A stretch of DNA of 64,000 nt from Scenedesmus sp. PABB004 (lineage: Eukaryota): assembly GCA_014905635.1 (NCBI GenBank), contig JABVCE010000011.1, positions 1,054,001-1,118,000 of the forward strand, given 5' to 3'. Under the pieces are notes generated by a model. That model saw only the letters and a list, made by a program, of their open reading frames with translations. It had not been told where the DNA came from and ran no database searches. This document shows, piece by piece, positions 46,055 to 58,135 of this stretch (position 1 is its first letter; every line of letters begins with the position of its first letter). The translations under genes and the position numbers were made by a program.

Positions 46055-49000
46055 ATGCCCCAGCGCGGCGGTGGTCGCCCTCAGCGCAAGGCAGCACTAG
46101 AGGCCCGCGCCAAGCTCGCCGCGGACACGCCCAGGAGCGGGCGCGGCAAGGGCGACAAGGCCGACCCGCCGAGCGACACCCCCAGCCGCGAGGAGGCGGC
46201 CGAGGAGCCGCCCGCCGCCCAGGCCGCGGCGGAGCCGCCCCGGGCGCGCGCAGCGATGAAAAAGGACGACGCCCCGGCGGAGCGGGACAAGCAGACGGTG
46301 GAGAAGAAGGAGGACGCGGACTCGGCCGCGCCGCTGCCCGAGAAGGCGCGCCCGCGCGGGCTCGGGGCGGCGCGGGCGGGGCGGGGGCGGGGACATTGCC
46401 ATCACATCTGCTGCTCGCGCAGGTGCAAGTGGGCGGCGGGCCCGAGTACTACGTCGACCGCAAGCTCGGCAAGGGCGGCTTCGGCCAGGTGTTCATCGGG
46501 CGCCGCCTGAACGCCACCAAGCAGCGCGACGGCGCGAACGCCAACCTGGTGCGCGCGCAGATCAGCGCCGCGCCGCCGCACGCCGCGCGGGGCCGCTGAG
46601 CGCGCGGCGCGCCGCGCCCCACGCAGGTGGCGCTCAAGTTTGAGCACCGGAGCAGCAAGGGCTGCAACTATGGCCCGCCCTACGAGTGGTCGGTGTACCA
46701 GTGAGCGCGCCGCTGCTTGAGCCGCTGCCGCGACCGACAGCGGCTGCCGCGACGCGCAGCCGCCGCCCGCGCCTCCCGGCCGCGACGGGCAGCCGCCGCG
46801 CCTGCAGCTGCCGCCGCTGCGGGCTCACGCGCGCGCGCGCGCGTGGCGGCGCAGGTCCCTCGGCGGCGTGCACGGCATCCCCAAGGTGCACTACAAGGGC
46901 CGCCAGGGCGACTACTACATCATGGTGCGTGTGTGTTTGTTTGTTTGTTTGTGTGTGTGTGTGGGGGGGGGGGGCTGCGGCGGGCTCGGGCGCAGCAGCG
47001 GGCGCAGCAGCGGCAGCGCAGCGGGCGGCGGCCGCGGCCGCGCGCGCCCCGCGGCCCTGGCCGACCCCCATCCTCTCCCCAACCCGCCCAGGTCATGGAC
47101 ATGCTGGGCCCGAGCCTGTGGGACGTGTGGAACAGCCAGGGCCAGGTGATGAGCCAGGAGATGGTCGCCTGCATCGCCGTGGAGGCGCTGTCCATCCTCA
47201 AGGACCTGCACAGCAAGGGGTGCGCGCGGCGCGGCGCGGCGCGGCGCGGCGCGGCCTGGCCGGCGGCGGCCTGGCCGGCGGCGGCGGCGGCGGCGGCTGC
47301 CCGCCACGCCCGCCCCATCCCTGCCCCTCCCGGTTCAGCGCGCCCGCGCTCGCTTGACCACGCGCTCACCCTCTCACACCCACCCACACTCACACACACA
47401 CCACGCACCCCCCCCCACCCCCCGCAGCTACGTGCACGGCGACGTCAAGCCCGAGAACTTCCTGCTCGGCCAGGCGGGCAGCCCCAACGAGAAGCGCCTC
47501 TACCTCGTCGACCTCGGCCTCGGTGAGCACGCGGCACGCAGCACGCAGCACGCAGCACGCAGCACGCGCCGCGCGCGACGGCCCCACGCAGCACGCAGCA
47601 CGATGCGCCGCGGCGCAGCGGCCGAGGCCCGCGCCCGCGCCGCGCCCGACCCGTGCCGCCCCCGCCGCGCCGCATCGCCGCAGCGACGCGGTGGAAGGAC
47701 ACGGTGTGCGGGACGCACGTGGAGTACGACCAGCGGCCCGACGTCTTCCGCGGCACCGTGCGCTACGCGAGCGTGCACGCGCACCTCGGCCGCACCGCGT
47801 CGCGCCGCGACGACCTCGAGTCGCTCGCCTACACCCTCCTCTTCCTGCTCAAGGGCCGCCTGCCCTGGCAGGGCTACCAGGCGCGCGGCGCGCCCCGCGC
47901 CGCCGGCCGCACGCACCCCCCGGGCGCCGCCTGCGCACGCGCTCGCCGCCTGCGCGCGCGCTCGCCGCGCCGGCCCGCCGCGCCCCCGCTCACCACACGC
48001 CGCCGCCTCCCTGCCCCTGCCCCTCCCGCGCGCGCCCCTCCCGCGCCCCTGCCCTGCCCCAATGATCACAACGCCGCAGGGCGACAACAAGGGCTACCTG
48101 GTGTGCAAGAAGAAGATGGCCACGAGCGCCGAGATGCTCTGCCGCTACACGCCGCCCGCGTTCCGGCAGTTCACCGAGGGCGTGGTCAACCAGAAGTTTG
48201 ACGAGGAGCCGCGCTACGAGGCGTACATGAAGATCTTCGAGCCCCTCTGCGGCCCCGGCCCGCAGCGCCCCATACTCACAGAGGGCGCCAACAAGGCGCG
48301 GCGCCGCGCGCAGCGGCGCGCGGCGCGGCGCGGCGGCGCGCGGGGAGGCTCGCCGCGGCCGGCGCCGACCGCCGGCGCCGACCGCCGACGCCGCGCCGCG
48401 CCGCCGCCGCCGCCGCGCAGCTGCTGACGGTCGCGGTGGGGCAGAAGCGCGGGCGCGAGACGGACGAGCTCGCGGAGGACAACGCGCCCAAGAAGAAGGT
48501 CCGCCTGGGCCTGCCTGCGACGCAGTGGATCACCGTCTACAACGCGCACCGCCCCATGAAGCAGCGGTGCGCGCCGCGGCGCCGCTGCTGCAGGGGCGCT
48601 GCGGCAGGGGCGCGCGGCTGGATGCGGCTGGGCTGGGCGCGCTGGGCTGGACGCGCGCGGGGCGCGCGGGCGGGGGCTCGGGGGCTGGCTGGGCCCCGGC
48701 GCGGCGGCTGTGCAGCGGCGCTGGCGGCAGCAGGGCGCCCGCGCGCCGCCCGCGCGCCGCCCGCGCCGCCGCCCACGCGCCGCCTCCGCCCCCCCCCCCC
48801 CCCCCCCCGCCGCCGCCCGCCCTGGCGCCGCGTGCCCACAGGTACCACTACAACGTTGCCAACACGCGCGTGGACCAGCACGTGGAGAAGGGCAACGACG
48901 ACGGGCTCTACATCTCCAGCGTCGCGTGCTGCCAGGAGCTGTGGGCGCTCATCATGGACGCCGGCACCGGCTTCACCGCGCAGACGTACAGCCTGTCCAA

Positions 49001-50275
49001 CCAGTTCCTGCCCAAGGAGTGGATCATGGTGCGGCCCCCAGGGGCCAGGGGGGGGGGTGCAGCAGCGAGCAGCGCCGCGCGGGGCCGCCGGACGCGGACG
49101 CAGGCGGACGGGCGCGGCGCGGCGCGGCGGCGCGCGCGGCGGGGGCGTCGGCGGCGCGGCAGGCGGCGAGCGGGCCGGGCCGCCCACCGCGCCGCACCGC
49201 CGCGCCTCCCCGCCCGTCGTGTGCGCGCAGGAGAAGTGGGAGGAGGGGTACTACATCACCGCGATGGCGGGGTCCATGTCGAGCGCGAGCCTGGTGGTCA
49301 TGTCCAAGGGCACGCCCTACACGCAGCAGTCGTACAAGGCGCGGCGCGCGCGGCGGCGCAGACCGCGCGGCGCGGGGCAGACCGCGCGGGGCGGGGCAGA
49401 CCGCGCGGCGCGGGGCAGACCGCGCGGGGCGGGGCAGACCGCGCGGCGCGGGGCAGCGCGCGGCGCGCGCGCGCGCGCCCCCCGCCTCGCCCCGCGCTCG
49501 CTCGCCCGCCCACCCGCCGCCGCGCCACACCCACACGGCCTCACGCCCACACGGCCTCCCTCCCCCTCCCTCCCCCTGCCCAGGTGTCCGACTCCTTCCC
49601 GTTCAAGTGGATCAACAAGAAGTGGAAGGAGGGCTTCTACGTCACCTCCATGGCCACCAGCCACACGCGCTGGGCGGTCGTGATGAGCCGCAACGCCGGC
49701 TTCGTCGACCAGGCGCGCGCCCGCGCAGCGCGCGCTGCGCAGCGCGCGCTGCGCAGCGCGCGCGCCGCCGCAGGCCCCGCCCGCCGCGGGGTCCGGGCGG
49801 CGGCGCCAGCCGGCGCGCGCGACGCCCCGCTCACCCCGCCCGCCGCGCTCACCCCGCCGCGGCCACCCGTGCCTCTGCTGCGCAGTGCGTGGAGCTGGAC
49901 TTCCAGTACCCCAGCGAGGGCATCCACCGCCGCTGGGACGCGGGCTTCCGCATCACCGCCTGCGCCGCGACGCCCGACCAGAGCGCGTTTGTGCTGAGCG
50001 TGCCGCGCCGGCGCCCCATGGACGAGACGCAGGCGCGCGCCGCCCCGCGGCGGGCGGCGCACGGCGCGGCGCGCAGCACGCGGCTGCGCCCCTGGACGCG
50101 TCCCCCCGCGCGCGCGCCGCCGGCCTCACGCCCGCGCGCGCCCGCGCGGCGGCGGCGCCGCTGCCGCGCGCAGGAGACGCTGCGCACGAGCGCGTTCCCG
50201 AGCAGCCACGTCAAGGAGAAGTGGGCCAAGAACCTCTACATCGCCGGCATCGCCTACGGCCGCACCGTCAGCTGA
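46055..50275 (+). CDS. MUT9: MUT9/MLK (plant-type casein kinase 1-like) Ser/Thr kinase
   Basis: [95 protein letters not shown]; ends YGRTVS*. Thirteen introns, six with GC donors. Confidence 0.93.
49358..49452. repeat. 19-bp intronic minisatellite x5
   Basis: GCAGACCGCGCGGSGCGGG five times in MUT9 GC-AG intron 49339-49583. Confidence 0.85.
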
Positions 50276-51024
50276 GCCGCCGCTGCGCACTGCCGCCGCC
50301 CCGGCGGAGCCGGCCCGGGCGCGCGCCGCGGCGCGCGCGCGCGGGCGGCGCGGCGGCGCGGCCCCAGCAGGCGCTGGGGCGGGCCGCCGCGCGGGGCGGC
50401 GGGCGGGGCGGGCGGGGCGGGCGGGGCGGATGTGGGCCGGCTTAGGGTAGGTCCAGGCCCGGCAGGCCAGGCAGCACAGCGCGGGCCCGGGCGGCGCGCG
50501 CCGCACGGCGGCGCGCGGGTTTGTCTGTGTGCACATGTGTGCGGGCGCGTGGCGGGGCTGCCGCCTGTGTAGTGCGCCTCTGTTTGTGCGCGCGGCGCTG
50601 CGTGCGCGCGCGCCGCCGCCGCTGCCCGCGGGGCGCCGCCGCCAACTCGCGGTCGAGAGCGGGCGGCCGGCGCCGGCGGGGCGCGGTGTCAGCAGGCCGG
50701 CGGCGGCCTCGCGTGTGCGCGTCGAGGCGGCGCCTCCTCGTTTTGCTGCGGCCCCGCGCGTCTCGCTTCCCAGCGCGGGCCGCCGGCCGCCGCGGCGCGC
50801 AGCGCACGCCCACTTCTTCTGCCGGACGGGCGCCGCGCGTGTTGGAGCTGGTTGCGCCGGCGCCGGCGGGGCGCGCGCCCTCTCTCTGTCTCCCTCTCCT
50901 GCCCCACGCGCGAGCCGGCCGCGCTGCGCGCTCGCACGAGCAAGGGTAACCCCGCGACGCGCCGCCGCGAGCCTCTTTGTTACCCCAGCTCAAGCGCCGC
51001 GCCCCGCCCCGCCCGGCCGCGCGC

Positions 51025-53155
51025 TCACTGCGACGCGGCGCCCGCGGCCTGCTGCTGCTTGAGCCGCGCGACCGCGCGCCAGCCGATGTCGGTGCGGTAG
51101 TACGCGTCGTCCCAGGCCACGCCCGCGACGCCCGCGTACGCGGCGGCCTGCGCGGCGGCGACGTCGTCGCCGAGCGCCGTCACGCCCAGCACGCGCCCGC
51201 CCGCCGCGACGAGCCGCCCGCCGCCGTCGAGCGCGGTGCCGGCGTGGAAGACCTTGGCCCCGCCCGGCACGCCGCCGGCGGGGGGCAGGCCGATGGGCGT
51301 GCCCTTGGCGTAGGCGCCGGGGTAGCCCTTTGCCGCCATGACCACCGTCAGCGATGCGCGCGGGCTCCAGCGCAGCGACACGTCGCGCAGCCGCCCGTCG
51401 CACGCCTGCGCGCGGCGCGCCGGCCGCGGCGCCGGCCGCGCGTGAGCCCCGCCCGCCCCGCCGCGCGCCGCGCGCCGCAGCCTCGGCCCGCCCCCGCCAC
51501 CAGGCCCCGCGCGCCGCCGCGCCGCCGCGCAGCCGCCGCGCCTGCAGTAGCGCCGCGAGCAGGTCGCTGTCGAGGCGGGCCATGAGGCCCTGGCACTCGG
51601 GGTCGCCGAAGCGCACGTTGTGCTCGAGCAGCTTGGCGCGGCCGTCCTTGATCATCAGCCCCGCAAACAGCACGCCGCGGAAGGGGCAGCCCTCTGCGAC
51701 CATCGCGCGCGCAGTGGGCAGCACAATGTCGGCCATGACCTGGGGGAGCGCCGGACGCCGCGGGGCTCAGCGTAAGGCTCAGCGGCGGGGCTCAGCGGCG
51801 GGGCTCGGCGGCGGGGCTCGGCGGCGGGCACGGGCGGCGGACGCGGGCGGCGCAGCGTGCGTGCTGCGCGCGGGGTGCACAGCGCGGCGTGCGTGCTGCG
51901 CGCGCGGCGCGCCTGGGCCTCAATTTCGGGCGTGACCACTGGCGCGGGCGAGTACGCGCCCATGCCGCCCGTGTTGGGCCCCGTGTCGCCGTCGCCCGCG
52001 GCCTTGTGGTCCTGCGCACGCGCGCGACGCGGCGGCGCGCCCCGCCCACGCGTCAGCGCCGCGCGGCGCGCCGCGGGCGGCGGCCGCGCGTGCGCGCGTG
52101 CGGGCGCGGGCGCGGCGGGTCGACCCCGGACGCTCATCACCTGCGCGCTCGCGAGCGCGACCGCGTCCTCGCCATCCACCAGCGCGAAGAAGCTCGCCTC
52201 CTCGCCGTCCAGAAACTCCTCAATCACCACCTGCGACCCTGACATAGGTTGCAGCGGCGCGCGGCGCGCGGCGCGGCGGCGCGCGGCGTGGGCCGTCTGC
52301 GCGCCCGCGCGGCCGGCCGCCGCCGGCGCGCTGCGAGCCCCCGCGCGGCGCGGCGCAGGCGGCCGGCGCCCGTCCCCTCCCCTCCCCTCTCCCTCCCCGC
52401 CCCGCCCCCGCGGCGTGCGCACCCGCGTCGCCGAAGACGGCGCCGACGAGCATGTCGTCCACCGCGGCGCACGCCTCGTCGACGCTCGCCGCGACGATGA
52501 CGCCCTTGCCCGCGGCGAGGCCGCTCGCCTTGACCACGATCGGCGCGCCCGCGGCGCGCACGTACGCCTTGGCGGCCTCCGGGTCGGTGAACACGGCGTA
52601 GCCGGCGGTGGGGATGCCGTGCTTGGCGCAGAGGTCTTTCATAAAACTCTTGCTGCCCTCGAGCCGCGCCGCGGCCGCGCTCGGCCCAAACGCGCGCACG
52701 CCCGCGGCGGCGAGGTCGTCGGCGAGCCCCGCGACGAGCGGCGCCTCGGGCCCCACCACGACGAGCCCGACGCCGTGGGCCTTGCAGAAGGCCGCGACGG
52801 CGGCGTGGTCGGAGACGTCGAGCCCCGCCGCGTCGGCCGAGACCTTGGGCTCGGCCGCGATGCCGGGGTTGCCCGGCGCAGCGTAGAGCGTCCCGCACAG
52901 CTCGCTCTGCGCCAGCTTCCACGCGAGCGCGTGCTCGCGCCCGCCGCTGCCGACGAGCAGCACGTTGGTGGGCGCGAGGCCGGGCGCGCCGGCGGCGGCG
53001 GCCGCCGCGGGCGCGAGCCGCCGCCGCTGCGCCCGCGCGGGGGCCGCGGCGCGCCGCGGCGCGGGCCGGGCCGCGGGGCCGGGCCGGGCAGGGGCTGCCA
53101 GCGGCGCCCGGCCGGCCGGGAGGCCCGCCGCGGCGGGGCGGTGGCAGAGGAGCAT
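51025..53155 (-). CDS. purD: Phosphoribosylamine-glycine ligase (GAR synthetase), organelle-targeted
   Basis: [61 protein letters not shown]...[37 protein letters not shown]. Four introns, two with GC donors. Confidence 0.97.
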
Positions 53156-54418
53156 GGCACGGTGCCGCCGCTGCTGCTGTTGCTGCTGCCGCGCCTGCGG
53201 GCTGGAAACGGCGCCGCGGTGGCGGCTGCCCTGCCGGGCAGCTCGGAAAACGGGGCGGCGAGAGTCCGGGAGCCGGCTGACGCGCGCCGGGGCGGGCACG
53301 CGGGCGCGGCGTGCCGGGGGGCGTGTTGCGGCGCCTGGCGGTCTGCGCGACCGGGGCTGCTCTGCGGTGTGTGTGAGTGCGTGTGTGTGTGGTGGAGAAT
53401 GGCGCCGACGCGCCGGCGCGGGAGCTGGCGTGCCGAGCGGGCTGCTGCCGGGACCGCCGAGGGAGGGCCTCGCGCGAGCTCTGCGCCGGGCGGAGCTCCG
53501 CGCAGTCGTCCTGGCGTCGCGCTGGTCTGGTCGTCGCTGATCGGCGGCGCAGCTGCTGCTGCCTGCCACCGCCGCTGCTGACTGCTGGTGACGCCGACGA
53601 GCGCCGCGTTGCGGTTGCCGCCGCGCAATCCCCGCGGGCCAACGCGCACGCACACGAGTATGGAGGGGGGGGGGGGGCGCAGTCGCCGGGTTGGGTTGTG
53701 GTTGCGCCGACGGATCCAGCCGCCGAGGTCCGCCCGCCGCCGCCGCCGCCGCGGCCATGCGGCGGCGCGTGGTCGGGCGGCGCGTGGCCGGGAGGGCAAG
53801 GAGAGAGAGATGGCCACGAACCAAACAAGTGCCAAGGGCCAGCCCACCCCCCGGCGCCGCTCGCGCCGCCGCCGGTCGCCTAGATGTCAAACAAGCTCGG
53901 CCGCCGACAGACGCCAGCAGGCAGCGGCAATGCGCGGTGTGTGGGGTGCGGTGGTGCGGTGCGGTGCGGTGTGTCGCGCCCGCGCCCCGCAGACGGGGGC
54001 GCGGCGGCGCTCCTTCTTGCGCAGCGGCAGCTGCAGGCACGCACGCGCGCTTCGCGCAGTGGGGGCACAAAACGTGCAGCGGAGTCCCACCGCCGCTGTT
54101 CTTGTCGTTGCCCTTGTTGGTGTTGGCTAGTGTGTTTAAGAAGAAGCATGCGCGGGCGCGCACGTGGCAGCTAGCGGGCGCGGGCGCCGCGGCGCCGCAG
54201 GGGGCGCGCCGCGGCGCGCGCGCCCAAGTCGAGGTCGCACCGGCGCGCAGCTCCCTCCCTCCTTTTAGGCCGGCGCGCGCTCAAGGCGGAAAGGGCGCTC
54301 AAGGCGGGAAAGGGTGACAAAAAGAGTAGACGGCAGGGGCCCCACCGCAGCTTTGCCGGCCGGCTAGGGCGCCTGGGCCGGCCAGGCGCCACAAACAACA
54401 AGGGAGCGCGGCCGCCGC

Positions 54419-55340
54419 TCACAGCACCAGCATGCGGCGCTTCTTGGGCGGCACAGCGCGGTCGCCGTCCTCGCCCTCCTCCTGCCCCGGCGCGCCGCGG
54501 CTGCCGCCGCCCGCGCGCTGCGCGAGCGCGATCGCGGCCGCGTTGTCCGCCGCGCCCGCGGCCGCGACCGCGGCCATCAGCGCCGCGCCGCTCACGCCGT
54601 GCGCGCCGAGCACGGCGGGGTCGTCCGCCGCGGCCACGGCCGCCGCCGCCGCGGCGGCCGCCGACAGCAGCGAGTGCGGCGCGCCGAGCCCCGCGAGGCC
54701 TGCCAGCCCGCCGACGCCCATGGGCGCCGTGCTCAGCGGCGCCGCGGGCGCGCCGCCGGCGCTGCCGGCGGCGCTGGGCTCGGCCGCCACCGCGGCCGCC
54801 GCGCGCTCGGCCCTGCCGGCCGCGGCCTCGGGGTCGAGGCGGACCAGGAGGCGCTGCAGCTCCGCCGGCAGCGTGGAGCCGGGGACGATCGCCCGGCCGC
54901 CCGCCGCCGGCGCGGGCGAGGGCGGCCTGGGCGCGGCAAACGCCTCCGGCCGCGGCGCGCCGGCGGCGAGGCCCCCGCCCGGCGGGGTCAGCACCAGGCT
55001 GGGCGGCGCCGCGAGAAGCGGCGCCGCGGACGCGCCGCCCGCCAGCGCGGCGCCGGCCGCGTCGGTCCCGGCACTGCCCGCCGACGCGCCGCCGCTCAGC
55101 GCCGCCTGGTGCTGCTGGTGCTGCTGCAGCAGCTGCGCCTGCGCGTTGACAAGCGCCTGCTGCAGCAGCTGCTGCACGTCGATGCCCTGCGGCAGCAGGC
55201 CCTGCAGGCCCTGCAGCGCCTCGCTCGTGGACGGCGCTGTGCCGCCGCCGGGCGCAGCGCCGCCGCCGCCGGCGGGTTCGCCCGCGCTCGTGCCGGACAG
55301 GCTCTGCGCGGGCGCCGCCGCGCCGCGCGGCTCCGGGGTG

Positions 55341-55372
<32 letters not shown>

Positions 55373-56207
55373 GTGCGGCGCTGGCGCGGCGCCGCCGCCG
55401 CCGGCCGCCGCGGCGGCGCCGCCACCGGCCTGCAGCTCCTTGACGGCGCGCTCGAGCGCTGCGTTGTGCGCCTTGAGCTGCTCGATGTACTTGATGACCT
55501 CCTCCAGGAAGCACGCCGTGTTGGCGCGCTCCGCGTGCGGCACCAGCTTGCGCAGCAGCTCCAGCCTGCGGGGCGCGACCGGGCGGCGCGCGCGTGGGCG
55601 CGCGGCGCGACGGCAGCGGCGCCCGCGCTCGGCGCGGCGGCGCCGCCGCTGCGGCGTCCGGTTCGGGCGCCCGCGGCGCCCTGGATCGAGTACGCGCTGC
55701 TGCGCCCGCGGAGAGCGCCCCGGCGCGCCCCGGGCGCGCTGCGTGGCGCCGGGGCGGGCGCCCAAGGAGCACCCCGCATGCCGCGCTGTCCCTCGTCGCC
55801 GGCGCGTCACGCGGGCGGCCCGCCGACCGCCAAACCGCGCTGGGCGTCCCTGCGCACCTCTCGTTGATGCGCGTCCGGCGCCGCGCCTCGGCCTGCTGAT
55901 GCCGCGAGGCGTAGTGGCTGCTGCTGCGCGAATCGTTGCTGCGCGTGCGCCCTCGCGAGCCGCCGACGCGCTCCTCGGCCTCACCGCCGCCGGGCTTGGC
56001 GCCGCCGGCGTGGTGGGCGCCCGCCTCGAGGTGGCCCCCATGCGCCGCGCCCGCCTGCGGGGCGTACCAGCCGCCCAGGTTGCTCAGCAGCGCCAGTTCT
56101 GCCGCCCCAAGGCCCAGGGCAGCCAGGTTGGCGCCCGGGAAGGCCGGCGGCGCCTGCTGCCCGCCTCCCCCGAGGCCGTTCTGGCCCAGCATGGCGGTGC
56201 TGCCCAT
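54419..56207 (-). CDS. bHLH transcription factor (BIM-like basic region)
   Basis: HQQAEARRRTRINER|LELLRKLVPHAERANTACFLEEVIKYIEQL plus a C-terminal NLS-like PPKKRR. One GT-AG intron. Start at 56207 or 56192. Confidence 0.9.
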
Positions 56208-56516
56208 CAACGCGATCCGGCCATGGCGCGGGATGGGGCCGGAGACTGTGCCGCGGGCGGGCGGCCGCGCGCGGTCGGCCACGGGGACACACGGGAGGCG
56301 AGCAGGCCCCGTGTTCGTGACGTGAGCCCCGTGAGGCGCGCCCTGGTTGGGGGATGTGGCGGCGCCGACAGGGCGCTGTGGAGATCGGCAGCGACGCGCA
56401 GGCGACAACGCCGCGCCGCACGGCGCGCAGCGGCCGCGCCGCACACGCGCCGCTGACGCTCGGGCCGCGGCTCACGCGCGCGCCGCGCCCGAGGTCCCTG
56501 GCCGCGCCACAGGCGC

Positions 56517-56521
56517 TTACA
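56517..56521 (-). terminator. Chlorophyte poly(A) signal TGTAA (minus strand)
   Basis: TTACA on the + strand, about 30 nt past the crooked-neck stop. Confidence 0.55.
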
Positions 56522-56549
56522 CGAGCTCCCCGCCGCGCCACGGCGCGGC

Positions 56550-58045
56550 TCACGCGCCGGCGTCGTAGTGCTCCTCCTCCTCGTGCGCCGGGGCCGCCGC
56601 CGGCGCGCCCTCCTCCTCGCCGCCGCCGCCGCCGCCGCCCTCCTCGTCGCCGCCGCGCTGCTGCTGCTGCTCGCTGCCGCCGTCGCCGCCGCCGCCGAGC
56701 TTGCGCCGCTTCCAGCGCATCGCCGCCTCGAGCAGCTTGAGGTTAGGCGCGCCGCCGGCGTCCTCAGGGAAGATGTAATCGTAATACTCCTCCAGCACGC
56801 CCGGCCCGCCCCCGGCGCGGGGCGCTTGCGCTTGACGCGCTTCGGCATCTTGCGCTCCACCGCCGTCACCGCGGCCGCGACCTCGTCGCGCCGCCTGCGC
56901 GGTGTGCGGGGCGCGCGGCGCGCGGCGGGCGCTCAGCGACGGGTGCGGCGGCGGCGCTGCTGCCACGCGGCGGCAGCGCAGCGGCGGCGCGGCGCGCCTG
57001 AAATCGCTGCAGCCCGCCTCAAAGTCCCTCCACGCCTCGAGCAGCATGACCGCCTCCTCCTTGGCCTCAGGGCTGCCCTCGCGGATGGACCTGCGGCGCG
57101 GCGCGGCGGGCAGGGCGCGGGGGCGGCGTTCGGAGGCCGCGGGCGGCGCGCGGGCGCGGCAGCAGCGCCCGCAGCAGCAGCTGGTCACCTGAAGCCGCGC
57201 TCGTAGACGGTCCGCGCGCGCGCGGCGCGCGCCTCGCGCTCCGCGGCGCTGCTGCCCTCGCCGGGCGGCGGCTCGCTGCGCGGCGGCGCGGCGCGGCGGG
57301 TGCAGGCGCAGGGCGTCGGCGGCGGGGCCGGCGGGCGGCGGGGAGGCCGCTGCGGGCGCGGTGCGCCGCGCTGCGCCGCGCGTCGCGTCGCCGCGCGCAC
57401 CGCTGCGCGGCCTGCTCGTCGTCGGCGTCGGGCTGCGGCAGCGGCTCGGCCTCGAAGCGCGCAAAGCTGATCCAGACCTTGACGTGCTTCGTGCGGTCCA
57501 GCAGGCGCTCGTACAGCAGCCGCGTGCGCTCGCGGTTGCCCTGCGCGCGCGGCGGGGCGGGCGGGCCGGCGCGCGGGGCGCGTCGGCGTCCGACGCGCGC
57601 CGGCGTGCGGCGGCGCGCGCGGGCGGGCGCGAGCCCACACGCAGCGCGGCGCGGCGCTGCAGGCTCTGTGTGTGAGCGTTTGGCCGCGTTCAGCCGCACC
57701 TGGCCGATCTCAAAGTCGATGTAGGCCTTCCAGACCGCCTCGGGCATGTCGAGCACCGGCTGCGCGATCGCGAGCTCGTACAGCGCGCGCGCCCGCCCCG
57801 CCTCGGCCAGCAGCAGCTCCAGCTCGGCGTACCTGGGCGGCGCGCGCGTGCGCGCGTGAGTGCGCGCGCGTGTGTGAGGAAGGGCGGCGGCGAGGCGCGC
57901 CAGCGAGGCGGCGGCGGCGGCGGGCGGCGGCGGCGGGCGGCGCGGGCACGCGGCGCGCACTTGAGCCAGGCCGTCGCGTTGGCGGGGTTCCACTCGAGGT
58001 ACTTCTCATACAGCGTGCGGCACCTGGGCGGCAGCGGCGGCGCGA

Positions 58046-58135
<90 letters not shown>

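Noticed and set aside
49358..49452. Regular direct repeats resembling a CRISPR array (also 10501-10568, 44404-44509)
   Set aside because: Head-to-tail minisatellites with no unique spacers, inside eukaryotic introns, and no cas genes.
12537..53155. Bacterial-type genes (hflX, HSP33, purD, DUF455) as contamination or recent HGT
   Set aside because: All carry host-style introns, host codon bias and transit-like N-termini, as expected for ordinary algal nuclear genes.
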